The translations under genes and the position numbers were made by a program. Positions 47,487-56,556 of a stretch of DNA of 64,000 nucleotides are shown in pieces. The stretch comes from an uncultured Bifidobacteriaceae bacterium (GTDB taxonomy: Bacteria; Acidobacteriota; Vicinamibacteria; Vicinamibacterales; UBA2999): positions 469-64,468 of the forward strand of contig CAZHTD010000009.1 in the NCBI GenBank assembly GCA_964535675.1, written 5' to 3'. The notes under the pieces are model-generated. The model searched no databases, was not told the origin of the DNA, and saw only the letters and a program-made list of their open reading frames with translations. Numbering within the stretch: the stretch's first letter is position 1; every line of letters starts with the position of its first letter.

Positions 47487-48074
47487 TCAGAGCGGACGGA
47501 TCCGGATGTTGCGGAAGCGCACGACGCCGGCGCCGTACTGGAAGGCTATCGGTCCCGACGTGAACTGCTCGTCCCGCGCGCCGTCCACGACGAGCCGTCC
47601 GTTCAGGATCACGCGCATCTCGGGTCCACGCGCGATGATCTGGTAGGTGTTCCAGTAGTTGCCGGTCATGATCACCTCCGACGGTGCCGCCAAGTTGACG
47701 ATGCCGCCGGTGCGGTACGTCTGGTCGGGCCGAGTGTCGAAGATGTTTACCTCATACGAGTTGTCGGCCGTGATGTTCTCTGGATCGCTGGCGCGGATGA
47801 AGATCCCGCTGTTGGCATCGGGCGAGACCCAGAACTCGAGCGTCAAATTGAAATCGTCGTACGATTCCTGCGTCACTAGGTACCCACCCCCGCTGTCGGC
47901 ACCCACCGCGAAGTCCTCGATACGCCAGTTCGCATCTCCGATCTGGTTGAAGGCGGCGGTGCTGGACCCGTCGAACAGCGTGACCCAGTCGCCGTCCTGA
48001 GCGGACACTGCCGGTCCGGAGTGGATCACGCCGGCCACGAGCGCGGCGATGACGAGAACAAGTGTGCGATACAT
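47487..48074 (-). CDS. DUF1080 domain protein (3-keto-disaccharide hydrolase-like)
   Basis: MYRTLVLVIAALVAG signal, WVTLFDGSSTAAFNQIGDANWRIED, FNLTLEFWVSPDANSGIFIR, IAFQYGAGVVRFRNIRIRPL. Confidence 0.82.
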   Translation of the reverse strand: MYRTLVLVIAALVAGVIHSGPAVSAQDGDWVTLFDGSSTAAFNQIGDANWRIEDFAVGADSGGGYLVTQESYDDFNLTLEFWVSPDANSGIFIRASDPENITADNSYEVNIFDTRPDQTYRTGGIVNLAAPSEVIMTGNYWNTYQIIARGPEMRVILNGRLVVDGARDEQFTSGPIAFQYGAGVVRFRNIRIRPL

Positions 48075-48146
48075 GCTGCTCCCCCTGCTGAAGCCGCTCA
48101 CCGACGGATGAACAGCAGAACACCAGCGGCGATTCTATAATGCGTC

Positions 48147-48755
48147 ATGCCTGCGTGGGGCGAAGGAGCTGCGGCCTCGAACCGATTGACCGGACCCGAC
48201 ACCCACCGCCCGTTCCTCGTCCTGCCGGTCGTCGCGATCTCGGCGGCGTTCGTGGTCATGCTGCTCGAGTTCCCGCTGGCCGTCGTCGCGGCGCTGCTCC
48301 ATTCGGTCTGCCAGTGGATCGTCTGGCGACTGGGCAGCCGCCGGGTCCCTGCGGCATTCGCCACACTCCCGATTCCCCTCGTGCCCTTCGCGGCCATCAT
48401 CGCGGCGGTCGGGAACGAGAGTGTGCGCGTCAGCGAAACGCTCCGCCACCGCCTGTGGCCGGCCATCGCGCTGGTGGCGTTCAGCGTGCCAGTGATCAAC
48501 TCGATCGACAACGTCCTCCGGCCTCGGCTGGTGGGCCGTGACATCAACACACACAACCTCCTGATCTTCGTCTTACCCGTGGGCAGCATCAGCCTGTTGG
48601 GCTCGACAGGTATCGTGCTTGGAACAGTGCTGGCAGCACTGTTCATCACCGTCTGGACGCTGTTTGCCGAGTCGTTGCGCGCGGCCCCGTCGCAGTCGAT
48701 GGCAGCGTCCGCCGCGGGGACCGGCCTAGGGGTGGATTCCGACGGCGATGCGTGA
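48147..48755 (+). CDS. AI-2E-family-like protein lacking the central region (202 aa)
   Basis: The N-terminal segment LLHSVCQWIVWRLGSRRVPAAF joins directly to the C-terminal signature INSIDNVLRPRLVGRDINTHNLLIFVLPVGSISLLGSTGIVLG. Confidence 0.55.
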   Translation: MPAWGEGAAASNRLTGPDTHRPFLVLPVVAISAAFVVMLLEFPLAVVAALLHSVCQWIVWRLGSRRVPAAFATLPIPLVPFAAIIAAVGNESVRVSETLRHRLWPAIALVAFSVPVINSIDNVLRPRLVGRDINTHNLLIFVLPVGSISLLGSTGIVLGTVLAALFITVWTLFAESLRAAPSQSMAASAAGTGLGVDSDGDA

Positions 48756-49776
48756 CGACTTTGCCAGCGACAACACCGCGGGCATCTGCCCCGAGGCCTG
48801 GGCAGTGCTGGAGCAGGCCAACCAAGGCGCCACGCCGCCCTACGGCGAGGACATGTGGACGCGGCGGGCGGCCGACCGGATCCGCGAGGTCTTCGAGATC
48901 GACTGCGACGTGTACTTCGTCTACGGTGGCACCGCCGCCAACTCGCTGTCGCTCGCCTCGCTGTGCCAGAGCTACCACAGCGTGATCTGCTACGACCGCG
49001 CGCATGTCGAGCGCGATGAGTGCGGCGCGCCCGAGTTCTTCTCGGGCGGCACGAAGATCCTGCTGGCGGGGGGGGCCTCCGGCAAACTCGACCCGGCCGA
49101 GGTGGAGGCGATCGTAACGCGCCGTTCCGACATCCACTACCCGAAGCCACATGTGGTCAGCCTCACCCAGGCCACCGAGCTCGGCACAGTCTACACGCCG
49201 GAGGAAATCGCGTCGCTGGCGGCCGTGGCCAGCCGTCATGGTCTCGCCGTCCAGATGGACGGCGCGCGCTTCGCCAACGCTACGGCCTCGCTCGGGGTGT
49301 CACCACGCGTGATCACGTGGGAGGCCGGCATCGACGTGCTGTGCCTCGGCGGCACCAAGAACGGGATGGCGTTCGGCGAGGCCGTCGTCTTCTTCCGGCG
49401 CGAGCTAGCCTACGAGTTCGACTACCGGTGCAAGCAAGCGGGCCAGCTAGCCTCGAAGATGCGCTTTTTGGCCGCGCCATTTCTCGGCATGCTCGAGGAC
49501 GGCGCCTGGCTCGCGCGAGCTGCGCACGCCAACGCCATGGCCCGGCGGCTGGCCGACGGCGCGCGCAAGGCCACGGGCGTGCGGGTGGTGTTCCCGGTGG
49601 AAGCGAACACGGTGTTCCTCGAGATGCCCGCCGATACCGCGGCCGCCCTTCACGCACGTGAGTGGCGCTTCTACGGCTTCATCGGGGACCAGGGCTACCG
49701 CTTCGTGTGCTCGTGGGCCACAACGCCAGAGACGGTTGACGCGCTCCTCTCGGATCTGCACGAGTGCACCGAATGA
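48748..49776 (+). CDS. ltaE: low-specificity L-threonine aldolase (beta-eliminating lyase family)
   Basis: DFASDNTAG, GGTAANSLSL, CLGGTKNG (PLP lysine). 342 aa. Confidence 0.82.
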   Translation: MRDDFASDNTAGICPEAWAVLEQANQGATPPYGEDMWTRRAADRIREVFEIDCDVYFVYGGTAANSLSLASLCQSYHSVICYDRAHVERDECGAPEFFSGGTKILLAGGASGKLDPAEVEAIVTRRSDIHYPKPHVVSLTQATELGTVYTPEEIASLAAVASRHGLAVQMDGARFANATASLGVSPRVITWEAGIDVLCLGGTKNGMAFGEAVVFFRRELAYEFDYRCKQAGQLASKMRFLAAPFLGMLEDGAWLARAAHANAMARRLADGARKATGVRVVFPVEANTVFLEMPADTAAALHAREWRFYGFIGDQGYRFVCSWATTPETVDALLSDLHECTE

Positions 49777-49841
49777 CGACACCTGCCAGCGACAACCATT
49801 TTGCCGGGCGGCCTGAAGGCCCCTGCGATTCGTAACTGACG

Positions 49842-51140
49842 CTACAGGTTGCCGTAGAGGTAGCTGCAAGCGATGACGGCGCCCACCGCGCCAGCCACAT
49901 CGGCGGTCAGGCCAGCAGCCAGCGCGTGCCGGGTGCGGCGGATCTGCACCGCGCCGAAGTACACCGCCAGAATGTAAAACGTCGTGTCAGTGGACCCGGT
50001 GAGCGTGCTCGCCAAGTAGCCAATATAGCTGTCAGGACCGATGACCGGGTCCTGCAGCAACGAGGCCATGACGCCGAACGCGCCGGTGCCCGATAGTGGA
50101 CGCGTCAGCGCCACCGGCAGCACCTCGGCCGGCATGCCGAGGGGCGCGGTCAGCGGGCTCAGCAACTGCACCGCGAAGCCCAGCGCGCCACTGGCGCGCA
50201 GCATGGCCACCGCCACCAGGATGGTCACCAGGTACGGAATGATGCGGATGGCCACTTGGAAGCCTTCCTTCCCGCCCTCCGTAATGACCTCATAAACGCG
50301 CACGCCACGCAGCACGCCGAAAATCAGCCCCAGCGTCAGCAGACCCGGGATCACCCACGGGGCGATCTCCGTGCCGTAGAGCACGCCGAGCGGGATCAGG
50401 GTCAGCGCGCCCACCATCACCAGCACGGAGACCCAAGCCGGGTACGCCGCCGTCGATGCCTCGCCCGACAGGTCGACCTCGGTCTCGCCCACCACCGGGG
50501 CATCGCTGACCGCGTGTGTCGCCGGGACGATGGGCGAGAACCGCTCGAACACCTTCACGGCAGTGATCGCAACGATGGTTGACAGTGTGGTAGCGAACAG
50601 CGTGGTGGCAAGGATGCCGGCCGGGTCGGCCGAGCCGACCGAGGCGCGCAGGGCGATCACGCCGCTCGGCAGCAACGCGATGGCCGAGGTGTTGATCGCC
50701 AGCAGCATCACCATCGCGTTGGTCGCCGTGCCCTTGTGAGGGTTGAGCGTGTCGAGCTCTTGCATGGCGCGGATGCCGAACGGCGTCGCGGCATTCCCGA
50801 GGCCCATCGCGTTGGCGGACATGTTTAAGATGATCGCCCCCATGGCTGGGTGGTCGGCAGCCACGCCCGGAAACAGCCGAACGGTGATTGGGCGCAGCGT
50901 CTTGGCGATGATCGTCAGCGCCCCACCGGCCTCGACCACCTTCATCAGACCGAGGAACAGCGTCATCATCCCGACGAGCCCGATGGCCAGCTCGATGGCG
51001 CCGCCCGCCGATTCAACCACGGCGGTGGTCAGGGCCTGCATCGGGGCAACCGCGTCCGGCGCATCGGGCACCCAGATGAGCTGCCGGACCGCGGTTGTCA
51101 CGAACGCGATGATGACGATGGCGAAAAAGATGCCGTTCAC
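49842..51140 (-). CDS. nucleoside recognition domain membrane protein (SpmA/SpmB-like fusion)
   Basis: MNGIFFAIVIIAFVTTA, about 10 TM helices, GNAATPFGIRAMQEL. Confidence 0.75.
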   Translation of the reverse strand: MNGIFFAIVIIAFVTTAVRQLIWVPDAPDAVAPMQALTTAVVESAGGAIELAIGLVGMMTLFLGLMKVVEAGGALTIIAKTLRPITVRLFPGVAADHPAMGAIILNMSANAMGLGNAATPFGIRAMQELDTLNPHKGTATNAMVMLLAINTSAIALLPSGVIALRASVGSADPAGILATTLFATTLSTIVAITAVKVFERFSPIVPATHAVSDAPVVGETEVDLSGEASTAAYPAWVSVLVMVGALTLIPLGVLYGTEIAPWVIPGLLTLGLIFGVLRGVRVYEVITEGGKEGFQVAIRIIPYLVTILVAVAMLRASGALGFAVQLLSPLTAPLGMPAEVLPVALTRPLSGTGAFGVMASLLQDPVIGPDSYIGYLASTLTGSTDTTFYILAVYFGAVQIRRTRHALAAGLTADVAGAVGAVIACSYLYGNL

Positions 51141-51162
51141 GCGGTGGAATCCCCGACGAATG

Positions 51163-51474
51163 TTACCTCGCTGGACGCCACTGCCGCCGGATGCCGCCGG
51201 GCCAGGAGGCTGACGGCCACCGAGCCGGACACCACAACAGCCGCGCCAACATCCACCCGAGCGCCGTGATGGACTCGAGCGGCGCCAGGCCCGGCACCTG
51301 CCACGCGGCCAGTTCCATCAGCAGCGACGTCAGCGCCAGCACCGCCCCAACACGCGAGGCGTCCTCGTGCGCCAGCGCCTCGGCAAACGCAAGCGCGCGC
51401 AGCAATGGCCCGAGCTGGATCAACACCTGCGTCGTGGCCGGGGCCGTGAAGTCAAATCCGACCAGGTCGAGCAC
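51163..51474 (-). CDS. hypothetical membrane protein (103 aa)
   Basis: High GC3, two hydrophobic helices, no recognised family. Confidence 0.35.
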   Translation of the reverse strand: MLDLVGFDFTAPATTQVLIQLGPLLRALAFAEALAHEDASRVGAVLALTSLLMELAAWQVPGLAPLESITALGWMLARLLWCPARWPSASWPGGIRRQWRPAR

Positions 51475-51594
51475 CTAATCGACCTCGAGCGCGAGCTTAA
51501 GCGCCGGGCAGTCATGGCCCAGAACATCGTCGTGGTCAACGCCAGGGCCAAGCCCAGCCACCAGCGGCCCAACGAACGGTCGAGCGTGGCCACG

Positions 51595-52620
51595 CTACAC
51601 GCCTGCGTGTTGGCGAACGAGTTGGCGCACAGCGTGCGGGCCCATTACGGTCTCGCTGTCGATGGTCCCGTCTGGCGCCACCACCACCGCCGAGGGCAGA
51701 CCAGGGACCCGGTAGGCCTCGTCGAGCGACGTGTCTTCGGCTAGCACCACGTCGCGCACGCCGGTTCCGATCAGTTTCAGCTCGATGGCCGCCGCCTCGC
51801 CCGTCGCGATAACGATCACCTTCAGCGTCTTCTTCAGTGCCTGCTGCCAACGCCCGATGTCGGGCCACAGCTCCGCACATGCCGGGCAATGCGTCCGCGA
51901 GAAGACGAACAGCACCGGGACGTCGCCGTCCGTCAGGCTGTCGACAGTCGCACGACCGCCGACCAGGAGCGGCAGGTCGAAGGTCGGCGCGGGGATTCCG
52001 ATCGCCAAGCCACTCTCTGGGCTCGACGAGGCCGCCGGTCCTCGCTCCCGTTCGAGCACGGCCACCCGCGCCGCCAGCACCGTATTGCGCTCGTACTGTC
52101 GCGCGGCCAGCCATCCGAGCACGCCCAGCACCGCCACGGCACCAAGGTCCAACGACCACCCGCGCCGCTGCACGGGCCCTCCCGTGACCCACATGTCGTA
52201 GGCGGTCCCCAGCCCGGGACCCGTCCCTGCCGCCAGCAGCAGCACGGCACACGCTGCCAAGACGGCGTTGCGCATCAGCGTCATCGCGCCGATCGGTGCC
52301 GGCTCGGCCTGCCCGAAGCAGCGGCAGTCCGGCGTGCGGCCCCGTCCCAAGGCAATTACCACAACCACCGTGAAGATGACCAGCAACGCCAGGGACAGCA
52401 TTACGCCCCACCGCGTCAGCCCGGCGGGCACGAGCAGCCCGGCAGCCACCAGCTCCCCCGCAGGCACTAAGGCGGCCGCTGCGGGCGTGGCCAAGGGCTT
52501 CGGCACCCCGAGATCAACTAGGGACCGTCGAAAGGCGACTAGGTTGCACAGCTTCCCCACCGCCGCCGCAGCCAGCACGACGGCCAAGAGCAACCTGATG
52601 CCAAGCAGGGTGAATTCCAT
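51595..52620 (-). CDS. MauE/DoxX-family membrane domain fused to a TlpA-like thioredoxin domain
   Basis: AAAAVGKLCNLVAFRRSLVDLGVP...GRTPDCRCFGQ (MauE-like), then VLFVFSRTHCPACAELWPDI (CxxC). Confidence 0.75.
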   Translation of the reverse strand: MEFTLLGIRLLLAVVLAAAAVGKLCNLVAFRRSLVDLGVPKPLATPAAAALVPAGELVAAGLLVPAGLTRWGVMLSLALLVIFTVVVVIALGRGRTPDCRCFGQAEPAPIGAMTLMRNAVLAACAVLLLAAGTGPGLGTAYDMWVTGGPVQRRGWSLDLGAVAVLGVLGWLAARQYERNTVLAARVAVLERERGPAASSSPESGLAIGIPAPTFDLPLLVGGRATVDSLTDGDVPVLFVFSRTHCPACAELWPDIGRWQQALKKTLKVIVIATGEAAAIELKLIGTGVRDVVLAEDTSLDEAYRVPGLPSAVVVAPDGTIDSETVMGPHAVRQLVRQHAGV

Positions 52621-52712
52621 GTATCGGCTGGTAGAATGTCAGCATGTATGTGCTGGGCCAGCTCGGGCCGGCCCGACAGTTTATACCTTTCGGGGACGAG
52701 GACTTCTCGAAG

Positions 52713-53729
52713 ATGCGAATCTGTCTCGTCGCGCTCATCGCTTTGCTGACCCCAGTTGCTGCCCTTGCGCAGCAGGTGCCCTTCGATAGGCTGCCGATCG
52801 AGGTCTTCGACGTCATGCCGCCGGCCGAGCGGGTGGATGGAGCCCCGGGTCGGATGTCAGTGGAGCTGACGACCTGCCCCACGCGGCCTACCGATGAGGT
52901 CCGGCGCCGTCTCGTCGACGTGGCCGTCCAGGAGTGGGGCTACTTCGGGTTCACTGTGGTCGATCAAACGCAATCCGAGGAGGGCGACAATGAGTCCGGC
53001 AACCGGTTCCGCCGCCGGCCACGCATGAGTCCTGCCGAGACGCTGCGCGTCAACGACTCGATCGCCGGCTACTGGTCCATCACCCCCGAGGGCGCCTGGA
53101 TCCTCGAGAACCAGAACGCGATCTGGAGCAGCCGCGGGGCCGACCAGGAGTGGCGGTACCCATGGTCGGCCGCGTTCATCTCGTGGGTAATGTGCGAGGG
53201 TGGCCTCGGCGAGTCGGCGCAGTTTCGCCGCGCCATCGCGCACCACAGCTACATCGACCAAGCCATCCGCGCTCGCGACCGCGGCACGCGCGCCGAGGCG
53301 TTCGTCGCCTACGACGCGGGCGAAGCGGCGGTCGAGCCCGGCGACCTGCTCTGCACGGCCCGCCGGCCCGAATACCAGACGCTGGCCCAGCGGCGGCGCC
53401 AGATGGGCGAGGGCGCGCGGACCCACTGTGACCTCGTGGTGAAGGTCGATGTGGCCGGCAGCCGCATCATGGCCATCGGCGGCAACGTCCGCGACGCGGT
53501 CAGCCTCAAGCTGCAGCCCGCCGTCGAGCGGGACGGCCAGCTGCGCCCCTTGGCCGTCCAGCGCGAGATCTTCGCACACCTCAAGCTGCGGGCGAACTCG
53601 ATCGAGACCGACGCGCTCGACAACAGCCCGACGATTCGCGCCCTCGGCTGCTCGGGCCTCGCCGCGATGCCCGCGGCGTTCAGGGCCGCCAACCTCGTTG
53701 CGGCCGGCACGCTGTTGTGCGCCGACTGA
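52713..53729 (+). CDS. DUF2272 domain-containing secreted protein
   Basis: MRICLVALIALLTPVAALAQQ signal. WSAAFISWVMCEGGL...RRAIAHHSYI. Confidence 0.7.
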   Translation: MRICLVALIALLTPVAALAQQVPFDRLPIEVFDVMPPAERVDGAPGRMSVELTTCPTRPTDEVRRRLVDVAVQEWGYFGFTVVDQTQSEEGDNESGNRFRRRPRMSPAETLRVNDSIAGYWSITPEGAWILENQNAIWSSRGADQEWRYPWSAAFISWVMCEGGLGESAQFRRAIAHHSYIDQAIRARDRGTRAEAFVAYDAGEAAVEPGDLLCTARRPEYQTLAQRRRQMGEGARTHCDLVVKVDVAGSRIMAIGGNVRDAVSLKLQPAVERDGQLRPLAVQREIFAHLKLRANSIETDALDNSPTIRALGCSGLAAMPAAFRAANLVAAGTLLCAD

Positions 53730-54454
53730 GCACGTTTGCCGCCGTGCTCGTCCTGCTACCTGCAGCCCTCGGCGCGCAGGGTGAGCCCGTCCGCGAGATT
53801 GCTTGGGCGACGATCCCCGCCGGCACCTTCCACATGGGCTGCTCAACCGACGACACGCGCTGTGACAGCGACGAGTACCCCGTCCACGCGGTCACGATCA
53901 CGCAGTCATTCGAGATCATGACCACTGAGGTCACCGTCGGCATGCTGCGCACGGCTAGCGAGGCCGTGCCTGAGCAGCCCGAGTGGAGCACGAGCCCCAA
54001 CCAGCCGGTGGTCATCGTCAGCTGGGACGAGGCCCGCGCGTACTGCGTTGCCCTCGGCGGGCGTCTGCCAACCGAAGCCGAGTGGGAATACGCCGCCCGC
54101 GGCGGGCTCGAGGGCGCCGTGTTTCCTTGGGGTAGTGGCCCGCCCTCCTACGAAGACGGGGACGCCACGGGCGCGGCGTTTGAGGGCGGCGTGGCACGAT
54201 CGGTGGGCACCTTCGGCACCAACGGCTTCGGCCTCCACGATATGGCGGGCAATGTCTGGGAGTGGGTCGAGGACGTCTATTCCGGGTACCCCAGCGAGGC
54301 GGTAACCGACCCGACGGCGCCGGCCACTGGGCTCGTCCGCACGGCGCGGGGCGGGTCCTACGGCGACGATCAGGGATACCTGCGCGTGGCCAACCGTAAT
54401 CCGGTCGACCCGGCCGGCGAGCACTTCAACCTCGGCTTCCGCTGCGCCCGCTAG
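53717..54454 (+). CDS. formylglycine-generating enzyme family protein (SUMF1/EgtB/PvdO fold)
   Basis: Signal peptide, WDEARAYCVALGGRLPTEAEWEYAARGG, GNVWEWVED, RGGSY. 13-nt overlap with the DUF2272 gene. Confidence 0.85.
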   Translation: MRRLSTFAAVLVLLPAALGAQGEPVREIAWATIPAGTFHMGCSTDDTRCDSDEYPVHAVTITQSFEIMTTEVTVGMLRTASEAVPEQPEWSTSPNQPVVIVSWDEARAYCVALGGRLPTEAEWEYAARGGLEGAVFPWGSGPPSYEDGDATGAAFEGGVARSVGTFGTNGFGLHDMAGNVWEWVEDVYSGYPSEAVTDPTAPATGLVRTARGGSYGDDQGYLRVANRNPVDPAGEHFNLGFRCAR

Positions 54455-55328
54455 TCCAACCGTCTTCCTCGTCCCACCGCCGGCGTCGCTCAGCCCTTCG
54501 TCGGCGAGTCACCACGAACGCCCCGCCGGCCAACATCAGGATCAGCACCCATACCGCCGTGACGCTGGTCAAGGTCGGAATCCAGCTCGTCCACCGCTGG
54601 TACGGCGCCCAAGCCAGCGCCGCGGCTCGCGCTGGCGTCGTCCCGGTGTGCCGGGCAAACGCCTCGGCAAAGGGCAGGCCGTCGGCGACGAGCGCGGCGA
54701 CGGCACCAGGGGCGTCGGGACCGTGGCGCCGCCGCACATCGGCCACCAACGCGGCCGCGAGACGGTAGGCCCGCGCTGTCTCGGGCTCGCTGTCCGAAGC
54801 GAAGAGCCGCGCGAGCGCGGGCAGGTCGGGATCCCCGGCGATTGCAAGCCCCAATTGCAGCCCGGCGGTAAAGCCCCAGTCGCGCTCCACCGAGGTGGCC
54901 ACTCCCTCGTGAAACCACCGTGGCAGCTGGCGGCCGCCAGCGTGTCGTGCAAGCGCCACGTGCGCGATCTCGTGCCACACCACCGACTCGAGGGATCCGT
55001 AGGGATAGCTACCGACGCGGTCGGGGAAAATGACTACGGCCGAGGGACCGGTGATACGGCCAACTACCCATGCCGGGACGTTTCGGGCGCGGCGATCAGC
55101 CTCGTCAAGCAACGTGATGTCCACACGCGGGGGCGACGGCAGCCCGGCACGCGCGAGGGCCACCGACAATTGCTCCAGATTCATGTCGGCGACTGCGTCA
55201 GCCGGCCCGGCGAGCGTCCGCGGCGCCTCCACGCGCAGGTCGAGCGGCGCCTGCGCGCCTAGGTGCGGCGTCCCGGCCAACACGAACGCGACCGCCACGG
55301 CAACGGCCCTGCAAACCCACGCAATCAC
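54426..55328 (-). CDS. putative gluzincin (peptidase MA-like) with a C-terminal TM anchor
   Basis: Signal peptide, VVWHEIAHVALARHAGGRQLPRWFHEGVA (HExxH...E), and a TM helix WIPTLTSVTAVWVLILMLAGGAFVV. Confidence 0.6.
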   Translation of the reverse strand: MIAWVCRAVAVAVAFVLAGTPHLGAQAPLDLRVEAPRTLAGPADAVADMNLEQLSVALARAGLPSPPRVDITLLDEADRRARNVPAWVVGRITGPSAVVIFPDRVGSYPYGSLESVVWHEIAHVALARHAGGRQLPRWFHEGVATSVERDWGFTAGLQLGLAIAGDPDLPALARLFASDSEPETARAYRLAAALVADVRRRHGPDAPGAVAALVADGLPFAEAFARHTGTTPARAAALAWAPYQRWTSWIPTLTSVTAVWVLILMLAGGAFVVTRRRRAERRRRWDEEDGWTSGRSGSRG

Positions 55329-55332
55329 CGTG

Positions 55333-55687
55333 TCAGTCCTGTCGACGGTAGACCTCGCACACCTCGGCGCCGAACTTAGTATTGACGATTCTCAACTGCT
55401 CGTCCTCCACAGTGAAGCCGCAGGTGACCACGCTGCCGACGTTGACGGTGCCCGGGCAAGAGCTCTTCTGCACGATCATCACCACGCCGTCAGCATCAAG
55501 CTGAAGCGCACCCGAGTTGGCGCAGTCCTCGCTCGCGAATGTCGTGTCGGTGATGACCAGTGCGCCGTACCCGCCACCTCGGCGACGGCCTCCTCCGCTG
55601 AGCCTCCACTGGCTCCTGGGCCTACCCCTGCTGCTCGGCCGTGGCCGTTTCACCACAGGCACCGGCCGATAGTGCCACGACAATCAT
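55333..55687 (-). CDS. small 4-Cys protein; a lipoprotein signal peptide sits one frame off
   Basis: The main frame (55333-55683) has an unnatural Arg-rich N-terminus. ATG 55687 encodes MIVVALSAGACGETATAEQQG then stop. Removing one base of the C4 run 55625-55628 joins the two frames. Confidence 0.45.
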
Positions 55688-55898
55688 GAATGCGTGGAAC
55701 CGTGCCTTCCCGCATCACTGCCACCTCGCGGGGTCTGTCGTCGACTACGCCTCCCTCATCTCGACAATCGCATCGCACGCCCTACAGCCGAATATGAACT
55801 GGCACAACTGCTGGTCGGGGGGTCTCGGACATCAGCGGTTCTTGAATGAGAGTGCGTGCCCACCTGCAACGACGCTGCTGCATGCTAGCATCTTCTCC

Positions 55899-56222
55899 AT
55901 GCGCGCATGGGTCGTGCTGGCGGTACTCGTTACCGCGTGCGCCCCGGGGGCGGACACGCCGATCGACGGCCTCTGGTACCTCGACAACGGCGCCACGGTC
56001 ATCATCCGTGACGGTACGGTCAGCCTTGAGTCAGGCGAGGAGCTCGCTACCGTCGAGCGGCTGAGCGACGATGTCCTGCGCTACGTCGAGCCCAGCCGCG
56101 CCGACATCCCCGGCCAGACCGTCGTCCTGCAGGTGGCGTTCCCCACGGCGCTGCGTATGACCTGGACTCGTCTCGACGGTACCCCCTTCCGCGACCTCAC
56201 GCGGGTCGCCGACATCGAGTGA
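55899..56222 (+). CDS. small lipoprotein (107 aa)
   Basis: MRAWVVLAVLVTACAPG lipobox, no recognised domain. Confidence 0.55.
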   Translation: MRAWVVLAVLVTACAPGADTPIDGLWYLDNGATVIIRDGTVSLESGEELATVERLSDDVLRYVEPSRADIPGQTVVLQVAFPTALRMTWTRLDGTPFRDLTRVADIE

Positions 56223-56556
56223 GCCCGTCCTCCGATCCTGTACCTGACGCCGTACTGTGCCGGCACCTCGTGGGCCTTCCCGTGCTGCCTGGTGAGTCAC
56301 CAGTCGAGATCGCGTGGTTTAGACCCCACGACACTTGCAGCGCTACGGTGTCGGTGAAACTGCCGCAAAGCCTGAGGCATCGTCACCGTCGAGCCGTCCG
56401 CTGTGCGGAACCAAGGGTACGGCCTACGGCACAATGTGGCTGAGAACTGGCCGCGCATCGGATCAGGCATGGTTGGCGTAAGCTTCCTCGTCGAGTAGAC
56501 ACTGCGTAGGGAGACTGCCCGGCAGTGTGACGTTGGTCCCGTTTAGCGACAGGTCG

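Noticed and set aside
48098-49150. 350-aa minus-strand ORF, and many similar long ORFs in the track (for example 52857-53846, 28948-29439, 29270-30178, 46336-47163, 21425-22183, 1864-2649).
   Set aside because: They are antisense or out of frame to genes with clear family motifs. They encode Arg/Pro/Ala-rich low-complexity sequence, the usual artefact of stop-codon-poor high-GC DNA.
56296-56469. 57-codon minus-strand ORF (MPDPMRGQFSATLCRRPYPWFRTADGSTV...) beside the IS3 end.
   Set aside because: It has no recognisable family and weak coding bias. It lies in junction DNA next to IS debris.
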